Shown here in pieces: positions 26,801 through 33,916 of a stretch of DNA of 36,660 nucleotides (the first letter of the stretch is position 1; each line of letters begins with the position of its first letter). The stretch lies in the sequence record SRR2962707_774. One strand, given 5' to 3'. A program made the position numbers and the translations under genes. The notes beneath the pieces are model-generated. The model did no database searches and had not been told where the DNA came from. It was given only the letters and a program-made list of their open reading frames with translations.

Positions 26801-28319
26801 GCGCGTTCTTCCCCCGCGCGATCAGCCGGTGGGGCAATTGCTCCCGGCGATATGCGACAGTGTGTGCGGCGTCGTAATAGTCCCGTTCCGACATTCCATC
26901 GAGGAAGGTCCCCCATTTTCCGGCCGTGTCGCGAAGTGCGGAGGCAGACTTCGCCGAGAGAATGAGGGGCGGGGTAGGGGGTATCTGTGCTCGCAACGGA
27001 ATTTCCGTGCCGACATGCTCGCGCAAAATGACGGTGGCGTTTGCACCACCAAAACCAAATGAATTCACGCCTGCCATTATCGGGCTGCTCTTTGCCCTCA
27101 GGTGCGTCAGTTTTTGTACCGGTGAGATATTCAGCCCGCTGAAATCGATATTCGGATTCAGCGGTGTCGCATGGAGAGTTGCCGGTATAGCGCGATGCTT
27201 GATCGCCATAATCGTTTTGATGAGGCCGGCCATGCCCGACGCGGGTTCCAGATGTCCGATGTTGGACTTTGCGGAGCCCACAGGCAGCGGCCCGCTTTCC
27301 GGACGTCGGCGTTGACCAATTGCCTCACCGATGGCCCGGCTCTCGGCGGGATCGCCAACCGAGGTTCCGGTGCCATGCGCCTCGAAGAAATCGATCTCGG
27401 CCGGATCGATGTCGAATTTAGCCATCGTTTCTTCGATCAACGCGCGCTGGGTGGCATGCGATGGCAGCGCAATGCCGTTCGTGCGGCCATCGGCGTTGGT
27501 GCCGGAACCGCAGATTACAGCGTGGATTGGATCGCCGTCGCGTAGGGCGTCGGCCAGCGGCTTGATGGCGATGACGCCGCCTCCTTCGCCGCGCACATAC
27601 CCGCCGGGCTCTGCGCCGAATGCACGGCACAAGCCATAGTCCGACAACATCGTCGCCTTGGCGAAGCCTACAAAGGGCAGGGGCGTAAGCAACAAGCTGA
27701 TGCCGCCGACCAGCGCCATGTCGCAGCGTCCTGCCCAGAGCGCGTTTAGCGCCTCGTTGAGAGCCACCATGGCGGAAGAGCACGCGGTGTCGATCGCCAT
27801 GCTGGGGCCGCGCAAATCGAACTGATAGGAAAGCCTGTTGGCGGCAATCGACAGCGTTGCACCCAGCATCAGGTAGGCGTTCATCGCCTCCGGATCGTTC
27901 TGCTGGATGGAGCCATATTCGGTGGAGGAAATGCCGACATAAACCGCGCAATTTCGGCCTTCCAGCCGGCTTGGAATTTGTCCCCCCGACTCGATCGCTT
28001 CCCATGCCATTTCGAGCAGCAGGCGCTGCTGCGGGTCCATCGCGTCCGCCTCGCGGCGCGAGATCCCGAAGAAGGCTGCGTCAAAGCCGCGTATGTCGTC
28101 GAGAACGCCTGCTGCGAAAGTGTAGGAGCGGCCCGGGACGCGCTTGCTGGGATGGCTGAGGATGTCCTTGTCCCACCTGTCGGCGGGAATTTCAGTCACA
28201 GCGTTCCGTCCCCCGGCCAGAAGCTCCCAATAAGCCTCGGGAGTATCGCAGCCTCCGGGAAATCGGCAGGCCATTCCGATGACGGCCATGTCGGTTCGCT
28301 TGATGCCGGGAACCCTCAT
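20847..28319 (-). CDS. wcbR: Single-module reducing type I PKS, WcbR/RkpA-like (KS-AT-DH-pseudoMT-ER-KR-ACP), no thioesterase
   Basis: KS DTACSS, EAHGTGT and KSNIGHLE; AT GHSVG and YAFHS; DH HNVGNAIVFP and LDGCLQ; MT-like ILEIGC; ER LIHGAAGGVG; KR VTGGLSGFG, VFDD and GQASYVAAN; ACP LGMDSLM. Confidence 0.93.
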   Translation of the reverse strand: MRVPGIKRTDMAVIGMACRFPGGCDTPEAYWELLAGGRNAVTEIPADRWDKDILSHPSKRVPGRSYTFAAGVLDDIRGFDAAFFGISRREADAMDPQQRLLLEMAWEAIESGGQIPSRLEGRNCAVYVGISSTEYGSIQQNDPEAMNAYLMLGATLSIAANRLSYQFDLRGPSMAIDTACSSAMVALNEALNALWAGRCDMALVGGISLLLTPLPFVGFAKATMLSDYGLCRAFGAEPGGYVRGEGGGVIAIKPLADALRDGDPIHAVICGSGTNADGRTNGIALPSHATQRALIEETMAKFDIDPAEIDFFEAHGTGTSVGDPAESRAIGEAIGQRRRPESGPLPVGSAKSNIGHLEPASGMAGLIKTIMAIKHRAIPATLHATPLNPNIDFSGLNISPVQKLTHLRAKSSPIMAGVNSFGFGGANATVILREHVGTEIPLRAQIPPTPPLILSAKSASALRDTAGKWGTFLDGMSERDYYDAAHTVAYRREQLPHRLIARGKNAPAIASELNAFCAGGGTSTFGETKATNARTGFVFSGNGAQWAGMGRELYQESETFRAEVDGLNAEVLRIANWSIVATLFAEDSEEQLRHTDIAQPALLAVQIGIAACLRHAGLTPDAVTGHSVGEVAAAYVAGAIDLQQAAQLIVARSQAQKLTHGKGRMAAAGVSPERARSIEEASGGKIELAAVNAANSVTFSGDENALKTLGRELDVERIFFRLLDLDYAFHSRTLEPVRDEFLHLLGHFNARMPVVPFYSSARGGVTDDFLLDAGYWWENIRKPVLFKDAVGAMVHDGIELLVEIGPHPVLTSYLRQILRDEKSDFTPLGSMSRSEPGARLIQRTVDAAFCNGATVDLSSSFPVRGRCVELPRYPWQREPHWFKPSTEAVGPMYRRSEGPFIGVRPQSSHATWEGQIDTERFRFLADHNVGNAIVFPAAGYVECALEASAALFGEETGDIEMLEIRRPIVLTRNQVMNFRFVYDEEDKAFRIETRRRASDDRWSLNAVGRFSFPDFDKDRASRSSDISGDATEIDHDEHYGIAEALGLEYGPAFRIVEAVRVSGDTAIAIFRTPDAVQQGLHQFILHPSFLDGCLQSLFSLIYAKGERSADAYLPYQINRLKIFQPRAEVSSCRTVLRKRKEKSLVADFLLFDREGRCIAEATGVRFMLAELQANTATGKRFRFETIPLDYRNTKDTAPNTALIADALDLEGRAAAGTIDGVPPLDMIAASLLSGAGRDSVRETAIAPALPAGLLAGLRSTTVENSNGEDREGGAILWNEAFAKYPDHLSELVTLLYEAQAFRQGSWRGGDKLSASTTDHLLSSSPSYGAGRALLRDSITTFAEGWPETRRLRILEIGCANALVRDVRDLLSRREIDVTVTCADGARISALERDIDSSDVRFVETDLAGILSENDLAKIGAFDLIVMPMVSVECGLTTALLNNVRSLLVPGGVVMATNPLPSFWADVAFGARSHWWQADGTSPLASAEQFSDHFTRAGYRNARAVACGQTVILIADGNLDHDRASDISLENTLPDADGTCWLVVYDPAKPDADGADRLCDTMERSGALVIRAHVSGDGELADAISLDADDEAQWLDMYEMVQNAEVPLEGVVLFGDISSDQRPGWSALLAARAMSKVDFASAPRLNIVTCNAASFEPNKCANLVQAPLWGIGRVVANEVPRIRARLLDLQGNHTASAEMMTRLTHVLLENGAEAEIILRSDGAFAPRLRPAPGDNESNGLSAEKLTFTSGRLGSLAWKRTQAPEPGPDEIVIAPRAAGLNFRDVMFALGVLPAEALEDGFAGACLGMEASGVVTTAGANAAGFKTGDEVLFFAPNCFDSRVVVKTTSAVHKPANLSFEDAATIPTAFFTAQYSLDYLARLRRGERLLIHGAAGGVGLAALQVARQAGADIFVTVGSPEKRALMMELGIPERRIFDSRSLQFADDILAATDGEGVDVILNSLAGDAIHRNLAILRPFGRFLELGKRDFYENSRIGLKFFRNNLSYFGIDADQLMEEKPDLAREIFAGLVERFTQGIYTPLPFRVFDASRISDAFRLMQKSGHIGKILIRPPQSGVSASEERRTKFAARADASYLVTGGLSGFGLATARWLASSGARNLVLAGRSGRPANGESRNIIDALEAQGVSVVTRACDVTDEDAVKALFEEAEAAGTPIRGVVHAAAVFDDATIERVEADQYRRVVAPKILGAMALHKATAERALDFFVLYSTIGTAFGNPGQASYVAANSFLEALAQHRRATGLPAQAIGWGAIADTGFLARNEKLREQLSARMGNALMTAEEALLELEEMIVEDETNFYAGEINWQRLRAGLPILQQPAYREVAPGTARAGADTSDDDILENLAGMSTEEGAIYVSHILAEEIGLVLRLTTDKIDTSKSIFDLGMDSLMALELKLGIEDRFRIEIPVMALSEGGSLTTLSRQIVMQIRDEDADSSDELLQNVDTIISRHVNDSDIENARRAEPADEKSSIATQFGT

Positions 28320-28646
28320 GAAAATAGTATTTCCCCGCTAGCAACCACTACACTCAAACAGATGCCGCTCGGATCCAACCGGCGTCACCACCCCACCGAA
28401 GCCCCCTTGCGGATGAGGTATCGCAAACCCTAGCCCAATGGGCCGGGGGCAGCCAGCGCTCATAGCTTTGGATTGGCTCCTCAGCCGCAAAAATCAAGGA
28501 TAAAATGGCCTCTTGCTCTTCTTGTTCACCCTTTCGGGTGACGGCGTGCGGCGGCTTTTCCTGACTTGAGTTGCGGCGGCCGGATGTTCATTGTGGGGCG
28601 CGCTGCGGAGGCGCCACCGAATGTTTGCGATACCCGAGGAGTCTCC

Positions 28647-29462
28647 ATGGTTGTCTTGCGTTACCGACAAGGAATACACGAAAGCGCAATCCTGCAGCAT
28701 TTCGGCGAGAAGGCCTGCCAGTCGGATGCCTATGCCGGCGATGTACCAGCAGGGCCTTCCGTTTTTCTGTGTTTTACCAATCGCAGCGGTTCAAATTTTG
28801 TCGCTAATTGTCTGGCGAGCACCGGGCATTTTCGGGAAGCGCGGGAGGCGCTCAACGGGCCGGTAGTTGTTAACAATAGCGTGAAACGTGGTTTCACCTC
28901 GTTCCCTGAATACTGCGCGGTCATCAAGCGTCAGGCAGAGGGCCAGCGGGGTGAGTTTGCGGTCAAGGCAAGCTGGAACCAGCTCTTCTTTCTGCATCGT
29001 CTCGGCATTCTCGACGCGATTTTTGCGGACAGGCACTACGTTTTTATCAGGCGGCGGGATCTTGTCGCCCAGGCCGTATCTCATGCCATTGCCATCCAAA
29101 CGAGAAAGTTCAAGTCCTCGCATACAGGGACAGGCGCCGAACCGGAATACGACTTCCGCAAGATCGCGGGTATCCTTCGGTCGATTTCGGCTTCGAATAG
29201 GTTTTTTCTGGAGTTTTTTGCCGTAACGGGCGCGCCTTATTTCGAAATTGTCTACGAGGATTTTATAGAAGGTCCTGCGGCTCATCTCGACAGTTTGTGT
29301 CAGCGGCTATCGTTGCCTCGCTATGCCTTGGACGCTGAGAAAATTACCCTTCGTGTACAGCGTAATGAAATCAACGAAGCCTTTCAGCGAAGATTTCTCG
29401 AAGACATGAAGTCGGCCAAGGTGAACATTGGCAGCGCCGAGATTGATGGGCTTTTGTGTTGA
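28647..29462 (+). CDS. Stf0/LpsS-family sulfotransferase
   Basis: CFTNRSGSNFV (5'-PSB), IRRRDLVAQAVS.AIA.QT and IVYEDF; ATG 28647 has SD GAGGAG, preferred over the TTG at 28566. Confidence 0.82.
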   Translation: MVVLRYRQGIHESAILQHFGEKACQSDAYAGDVPAGPSVFLCFTNRSGSNFVANCLASTGHFREAREALNGPVVVNNSVKRGFTSFPEYCAVIKRQAEGQRGEFAVKASWNQLFFLHRLGILDAIFADRHYVFIRRRDLVAQAVSHAIAIQTRKFKSSHTGTGAEPEYDFRKIAGILRSISASNRFFLEFFAVTGAPYFEIVYEDFIEGPAAHLDSLCQRLSLPRYALDAEKITLRVQRNEINEAFQRRFLEDMKSAKVNIGSAEIDGLLC

Positions 29463-29557
29463 TCATCTGTCTGCCTCGAATGGGATTTCGCGCAGACTCG
29501 ATCTGGGTTTTCCGTTAGGGCCCATTCTTCTACTCCCTTTATCTGGGAATCTCCGGC

Positions 29558-30844
29558 CTACTCGCGATGCCGAAATTCTTCCATTGAGGCCGGTTTCATC
29601 TCGATGCTGAAGCCGGGCGTGGAGGGGGGCATGTAGCGGCCGTTTTCCACGACGCAGGGCGTGACGAAATGCTCGTGCAGGTGGTCGACATATTCCGCGA
29701 CCCGGCCTTCATCTGTGCCCGAGATTGTGAGGTAATCGATCATCGAGAGGTGCTGCACATACTCGCATAAGCCGACGCCTCCCGCGTGAGGACAAACGGG
29801 CTTCCCGAACTTTGCCGCCATGAGCATGATGGCGAGGTTCTCGCTAAGACCGCCGACGCGCGCCGCGTCGATCTGCACGATGTCGAGCGCGTCCGCCTGC
29901 ATGAACTGCTTGAAGAGCACCCGGTTCTGGCACATTTCGCCCGTCGCGACCTTGATAGGCGAAATCGCCTCGCGGATTTGACGGTGAGCGAGAACGTCGT
30001 CGGGCGACGTCGGCTCCTCAATGAACCACGGATCGAAGCGGGCGAGCTCGTTCATCCATTCGATGGCTTCGCCGGCTTCCCAGACCTGGTTGGCGTCCAT
30101 CATGAGCTTGCAATCAGGTCCCACCGTCTCGCGTAGCAGCGCCGCGCGGCGCATGTCGTCGCCGAGGTCTCGGCCCACCTTCAGCTTGAAGTGCCGCCAG
30201 CCCTTGGCATGGGCCTCGCGTGCGGAACGGCGCAGTGTGTCGTCGTCATAACCGAGCCAGCCGGCGGAGGTCGTATAGGCGGGATAGCCTTGTGCGAGGA
30301 GCTGAGCGCGACGCGCACCCTTGCCCTGTTGTGCGCGGCGCAGGATGTCGAGCCCTTCTTCCGGTGTGAGCGCGTTCGTGAGATAGCGAAAATCGATGCA
30401 GCGCAGCAGTTCTTCCGGCGTCATGTCGGCGACAAGCTGCCAGACCGGCTTTCGTTCGGCGCGCGCCCAGAGATCCCAGACCGCGTTGACCACGGCGCCG
30501 GTAGCCAGATGCATGATGCCCTTGTCCGGCCCCAGCCAGCGCAATTGCGAGTCGCCCGTGATGAATCGCCAGAAGGCGGCCATGTCTGCCGCGATGTCGC
30601 GCATCGGCATGCCGACGAGTTTTTCGGCGAGCAACTCGATTGCCGCGACACAGAGTTCGTTGCCGCGCCCGATGGTGAAAGTGAGGCCATGGCCCTCTAG
30701 CCCCGGCCGGTTCGTTTCCAGAACGAGATAAGCCGCCGAGTAGTCCGGATCGGCATTCATGGCGTCCGAGCCGTGGCCGCCATGCGAAGTCGGGAAGCGG
30801 ATATCGCCGGTTCGCCACCCTGTGATCCTGAATTCGTCGATCAC
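29558..30844 (-). CDS. fucD: L-fuconate dehydratase (enolase superfamily, FucD/ENOSF1-like)
   Basis: DIRFPTS..GSDAMN.DPDYSAAY, FTIGRGNE, QLRWLGPDKG, AYTTSAGWLGY, KLKVG, MMDANQ, EEPTSPDD, TGE and CPHAGGVGLCE. Confidence 0.9.
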   Translation of the reverse strand: MIDEFRITGWRTGDIRFPTSHGGHGSDAMNADPDYSAAYLVLETNRPGLEGHGLTFTIGRGNELCVAAIELLAEKLVGMPMRDIAADMAAFWRFITGDSQLRWLGPDKGIMHLATGAVVNAVWDLWARAERKPVWQLVADMTPEELLRCIDFRYLTNALTPEEGLDILRRAQQGKGARRAQLLAQGYPAYTTSAGWLGYDDDTLRRSAREAHAKGWRHFKLKVGRDLGDDMRRAALLRETVGPDCKLMMDANQVWEAGEAIEWMNELARFDPWFIEEPTSPDDVLAHRQIREAISPIKVATGEMCQNRVLFKQFMQADALDIVQIDAARVGGLSENLAIMLMAAKFGKPVCPHAGGVGLCEYVQHLSMIDYLTISGTDEGRVAEYVDHLHEHFVTPCVVENGRYMPPSTPGFSIEMKPASMEEFRHRE

Positions 30845-30930
30845 GGGAAAGTCTTTCTGTTAGGGTTTTCAAGGCTGCGAGGCGGTCTTTTGGTGCGATC
30901 GCTCAATCGCAGGCCGAGTGGACGGACTGT

Positions 30931-30968
30931 TGTTTTATATGTAAATCATGACTAACATATATAAAACA
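30931..30968. promoter_or_regulatory. Putative operator in the fucD/iclR divergent promoter
   Basis: Perfect inverted repeat TGTTTTATAT (30931-40) N18 ATATAAAACA (30959-68); AT-rich island; similar to 31942-31976. Confidence 0.65.
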
Positions 30969-30999
30969 TGTGGGTCAATGACGAGAGGCGTGAAAACAC

Positions 31000-31827
31000 G
31001 TGACCAAGGCGGACAAAGAGAGGAAGACAGTGGCCGCCGATGCCGGCAGCGAAGCTGAGAACGGCGGAAAAAGCAGCTTGCGCTATTCCGCTCCCGCGTT
31101 GGAGAAGGGCCTCGATATTCTCGAGTTTCTGTCGGAGAAGGCGCGGTCCTATTCGCTGGCGCAGCTTGCCGAGGAGATCGGCCGTACCAAGGGCGAAATC
31201 TTCCGGATGCTCGCGGTGCTGGAAGCGCGCGGTTATGTGGAGCGCGCGCCGGACACGGATGACTACCAGGTGACAGACCGTCTGCTCAGGATCGGCCTCC
31301 GGCGTCCGAAATATCGCGCGTTGACCGAAACAGCCCGCGCCGTCATGGAGCGTTTCGCCGCGGAGACGCGCTACCCCTGTCATCTCGCAATCGCATCCGA
31401 CGAACAGATCGTTGTCGTGGCGCGAGCGGAGTCGCCCGACCTTGTCGGCGTCACGGTGCGCGTGGGCTATCGCCAGCCGCTTCTCGAAACGGGGTCCGGC
31501 CGTTGCATTCTGGCTTATATGGATGAACCGCAGCGCGAGCACGTGCTGTCGATCCTGAAGCGGCAGCCGGGCGGCGTGGACCTGACACGGCTGGACGCAG
31601 AGCGCGAGCAGATCAGAAAGAAGGGCTCGATCGTCGAGGAGAGCCGGATCATGGAAGGGGTGTGGGACATATCCTGCCCAATCCTGAGCACAGGCAACGA
31701 AGAGGTCGTCGCCGCGATTACCACGCCCTATGTGCGGCTGGTCATCAACCAGATCAGCAAGGACGAAGTCGCAGCCAGGCTCCGCGAGGCGGCGCGGGAA
31801 ATCTCCGAGAAACTCAGCGCGGTCTGA
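31000..31827 (+). CDS. IclR family transcriptional regulator
   Basis: YSAPALEKGLDILEFL, HTH LAQLAEEIGRTKGEIFRMLAVLEARGYV, TGSGRCILA and DISCPI..VVAAIT; SD GAGG upstream of GTG. Confidence 0.92.
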   Translation: MTKADKERKTVAADAGSEAENGGKSSLRYSAPALEKGLDILEFLSEKARSYSLAQLAEEIGRTKGEIFRMLAVLEARGYVERAPDTDDYQVTDRLLRIGLRRPKYRALTETARAVMERFAAETRYPCHLAIASDEQIVVVARAESPDLVGVTVRVGYRQPLLETGSGRCILAYMDEPQREHVLSILKRQPGGVDLTRLDAEREQIRKKGSIVEESRIMEGVWDISCPILSTGNEEVVAAITTPYVRLVINQISKDEVAARLREAAREISEKLSAV

Positions 31828-31851
31828 CCTTCAAGAAAATCTACACCGTGA

Positions 31852-31880
31852 CGCGGCACCCTTTGGGTGTGCTGCGGTTT
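31852..31880 (+). terminator. Possible weak intrinsic terminator after iclR
   Basis: Imperfect GC hairpin cgcggcaccc-ttt-gggtgtgctgcg followed by only a short T run. Confidence 0.3.
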
Positions 31881-31941
31881 CGTGCCTGCCGCAGGGACGG
31901 ACAGCCTCTCTTTGTCGATTCCGGCGAGGCGTGCGGAATCG

Positions 31942-31976
31942 ATTTACTTGTAAAACATAATCTTGTATATAAAACA
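31942..31976. promoter_or_regulatory. Putative operator/promoter upstream of the catabolic operon
   Basis: ATTTACTTGTAAAACATAATCTTGTATATAAAACA aligns with 30933-30968; lies just upstream of SD GGGAGG and ATG 31992. Confidence 0.62.
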
Positions 31977-31991
31977 CAAGGGAGGACGAAA

Positions 31992-33026
31992 ATGGCACCG
32001 ACAAGTGTGCTCGGCTCGTCTGCGGGAACGCTTCCGGCTTTGGGGTTTGGGGCTGCGCCGCTGGGCAATCTCTACCGTCCGTTGACGGATGGAGACGCGG
32101 AAGCGCTGCTTCGAGCGGCGTGGAGCGCGGGCATGCGCTATTTCGATACCGCGCCGCTATATGGCTTTGGCTTGAGCGAGCAACGGCTCGGTACGTTCCT
32201 CCGGCAGAAACCGCGCGCCAGTTTCATCGCCTCTACCAAAGTAGGCCGTGTCCTTGTCCCCAATGAGGGCTGGCACGAACAGCGCGATTATTTCATCGAT
32301 GCACCCGCCTTCGAGCCGGTCTTTGACTATTCCTACGACGGCATCATGCGCTCCTTCGAAGAGAGCCTCGAACGGCTGGGGCTCGACAGGGTAGATATTC
32401 TGCTGATGCACGACATTGGCGAGAAGACGCACGGCCCCGCCCACGCAGACCGATTTCGCATCGCAATGGATGGCGGCTATCGCGCACTGGACGAACTCCG
32501 CCGTTCCGGAGCTGCGGGCGCCATTGGCATCGGCGCAAATGAGTGGCAGGTCTGCGACCTTGCGATGGACCGGGGTGATTGGGACTGCTTCCTGCTCGCA
32601 GGGCGCTACACGCTGCTGGAGCAGGGCGCACTGGTTCCCTTTCTCGAACGATGCGCGCGCGAGGACAAGGGAATTGTTGTCGGGGGTGCCTTCAACTCCG
32701 GGATTCTGGCGACGGGCGCTATTGACGGTGCGCGCTTCGACTACGAAACGGCGCCTGCCGAAATCGTCGACCGGGTGCGGAAGCTCGATGCCGTCTGCCG
32801 GAAACACAGCGTACCGCTTGCCGCGGCGGCACTGCAATTCCCTCTCGCGCACCCCGCCGTTCGGACCGTCATTCCGGGCTTCGGTAGCATGAAGGAGCTC
32901 GATCAGGTTCTGCAATGGATGGCATACGCTATTCCGGCGGAACTTTGGCAAGAGTTGAAGCACGAAGGATTGATCGACCCGCAGGCACCCGTTCCCTCCA
33001 GCACGACCTGCATGGTGCTGCCATGA
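31992..33026 (+). CDS. Aldo/keto reductase, L-fucose (D-threo-aldose) 1-dehydrogenase-like
   Basis: LGFGAAPLGNLY, YFDTAPLYGFGLSE, STKVGR, FDYSYDG..RSFEESL.RLG, HD and LAGRYTLLEQ; SD GGGAGG supports ATG 31992. Confidence 0.85.
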   Translation: MAPTSVLGSSAGTLPALGFGAAPLGNLYRPLTDGDAEALLRAAWSAGMRYFDTAPLYGFGLSEQRLGTFLRQKPRASFIASTKVGRVLVPNEGWHEQRDYFIDAPAFEPVFDYSYDGIMRSFEESLERLGLDRVDILLMHDIGEKTHGPAHADRFRIAMDGGYRALDELRRSGAAGAIGIGANEWQVCDLAMDRGDWDCFLLAGRYTLLEQGALVPFLERCAREDKGIVVGGAFNSGILATGAIDGARFDYETAPAEIVDRVRKLDAVCRKHSVPLAAAALQFPLAHPAVRTVIPGFGSMKELDQVLQWMAYAIPAELWQELKHEGLIDPQAPVPSSTTCMVLP

Positions 33027-33916
33027 GGATCGACGCGCATCAGCATTTCTGGAGTCTCTCAAATTCCTTCTGCGACTGGCCGACGCCCTCGGAAGCGACG
33101 ATCTATGCCGACTTCGGACCCGAAGACCTGGAGCCACTTCTCGCAGCGCACGATATCGACGGGACTGTGCTTGTGCAGGCCGCTCCTGCCTTCGCTGAAA
33201 CGCTCTTCCTTCTCGAAATCGCGGAGCGCACGCCTTTTGTGAAGGGGGTGGTGGGCTGGATCAACTTCGAGTCTGCTTCTGCGGTCTCCGATCTCGAAGT
33301 GCTCGCTTGTCGCTCGCTGTTTCGCGGCGTAAGGCCGATGCTTCAGTCGATCTCCGATCCCGCATGGATGCTCAACCCGGCATTCGACCGAATATACGAA
33401 CGGCTCGCCGAACTCGACCTCTGCTTCGATGCGCTGGTAACGCCGGCTCACCTCGATGTGCTCCCGGAACTGGCGAAACGCCATCCCGGTCTCACAATCG
33501 TCGTAGATCACGCCGCCAAACCCGCCATTCGCGATGGCAACGGCGCTTATGAATTCTGGACGCCACGCATCGCGCAGCTTGCGGGATTTGGCAATGTCAG
33601 TTGCAAGGTGTCGGGTCTTCTGACCGAGGCGATGCCGGACGCTGACCTGTCGGGCCTGCAGCGCTGGTTGGATCACCTCTATACGGCTTTCGGCCCTGAA
33701 CGCTTGCTATGGGGCAGCGATTGGCCGGTCGTTCTGATGGAGGCGGACTACGCGCGCTGGCTTTCCCTTTGCGAAGAGTGGCTCGCGGACAAGCCTCAAT
33801 CGGCGCGCGATCAAGTGTTCGGAATGGCGGCTTGCCGCATCTACGGTCTCGCCGATGCGGCGGAACGAGGCGAGCGTATCCATGCAACGGGAGGCGGACG
33901 GCATGGCGCGCATTGA
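33023..33916 (+). CDS. Amidohydrolase_2, L-fucono-1,5-lactonase-like
   Basis: IDAHQHFW, TVLVQAA, GVVGW, VDHAAKP, CKVSGL and FGPERLLWGSDWPV; ATGA overlap with AKR. Confidence 0.87.
   Translation: MRIDAHQHFWSLSNSFCDWPTPSEATIYADFGPEDLEPLLAAHDIDGTVLVQAAPAFAETLFLLEIAERTPFVKGVVGWINFESASAVSDLEVLACRSLFRGVRPMLQSISDPAWMLNPAFDRIYERLAELDLCFDALVTPAHLDVLPELAKRHPGLTIVVDHAAKPAIRDGNGAYEFWTPRIAQLAGFGNVSCKVSGLLTEAMPDADLSGLQRWLDHLYTAFGPERLLWGSDWPVVLMEADYARWLSLCEEWLADKPQSARDQVFGMAACRIYGLADAAERGERIHATGGGRHGAH

Noticed and set aside
20847-28319. Stand-alone antibiotic or secondary-metabolite PKS cluster
   Set aside because: Domain order and neighbours (wcbT, wcbP, wcbQ, kpsS, kpsMTED) match capsule-associated WcbR/RkpA; no tailoring, resistance or efflux genes seen
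31662-31991. 110-aa N-terminal extension of the AKR suggested by the ORF track (likewise extensions at 32915, 33855, 34816, 35210 and 28566)
   Set aside because: Most overlap the upstream gene or regulatory DNA; the downstream ATGs have SD sequences or stop/start overlaps and match family N-termini
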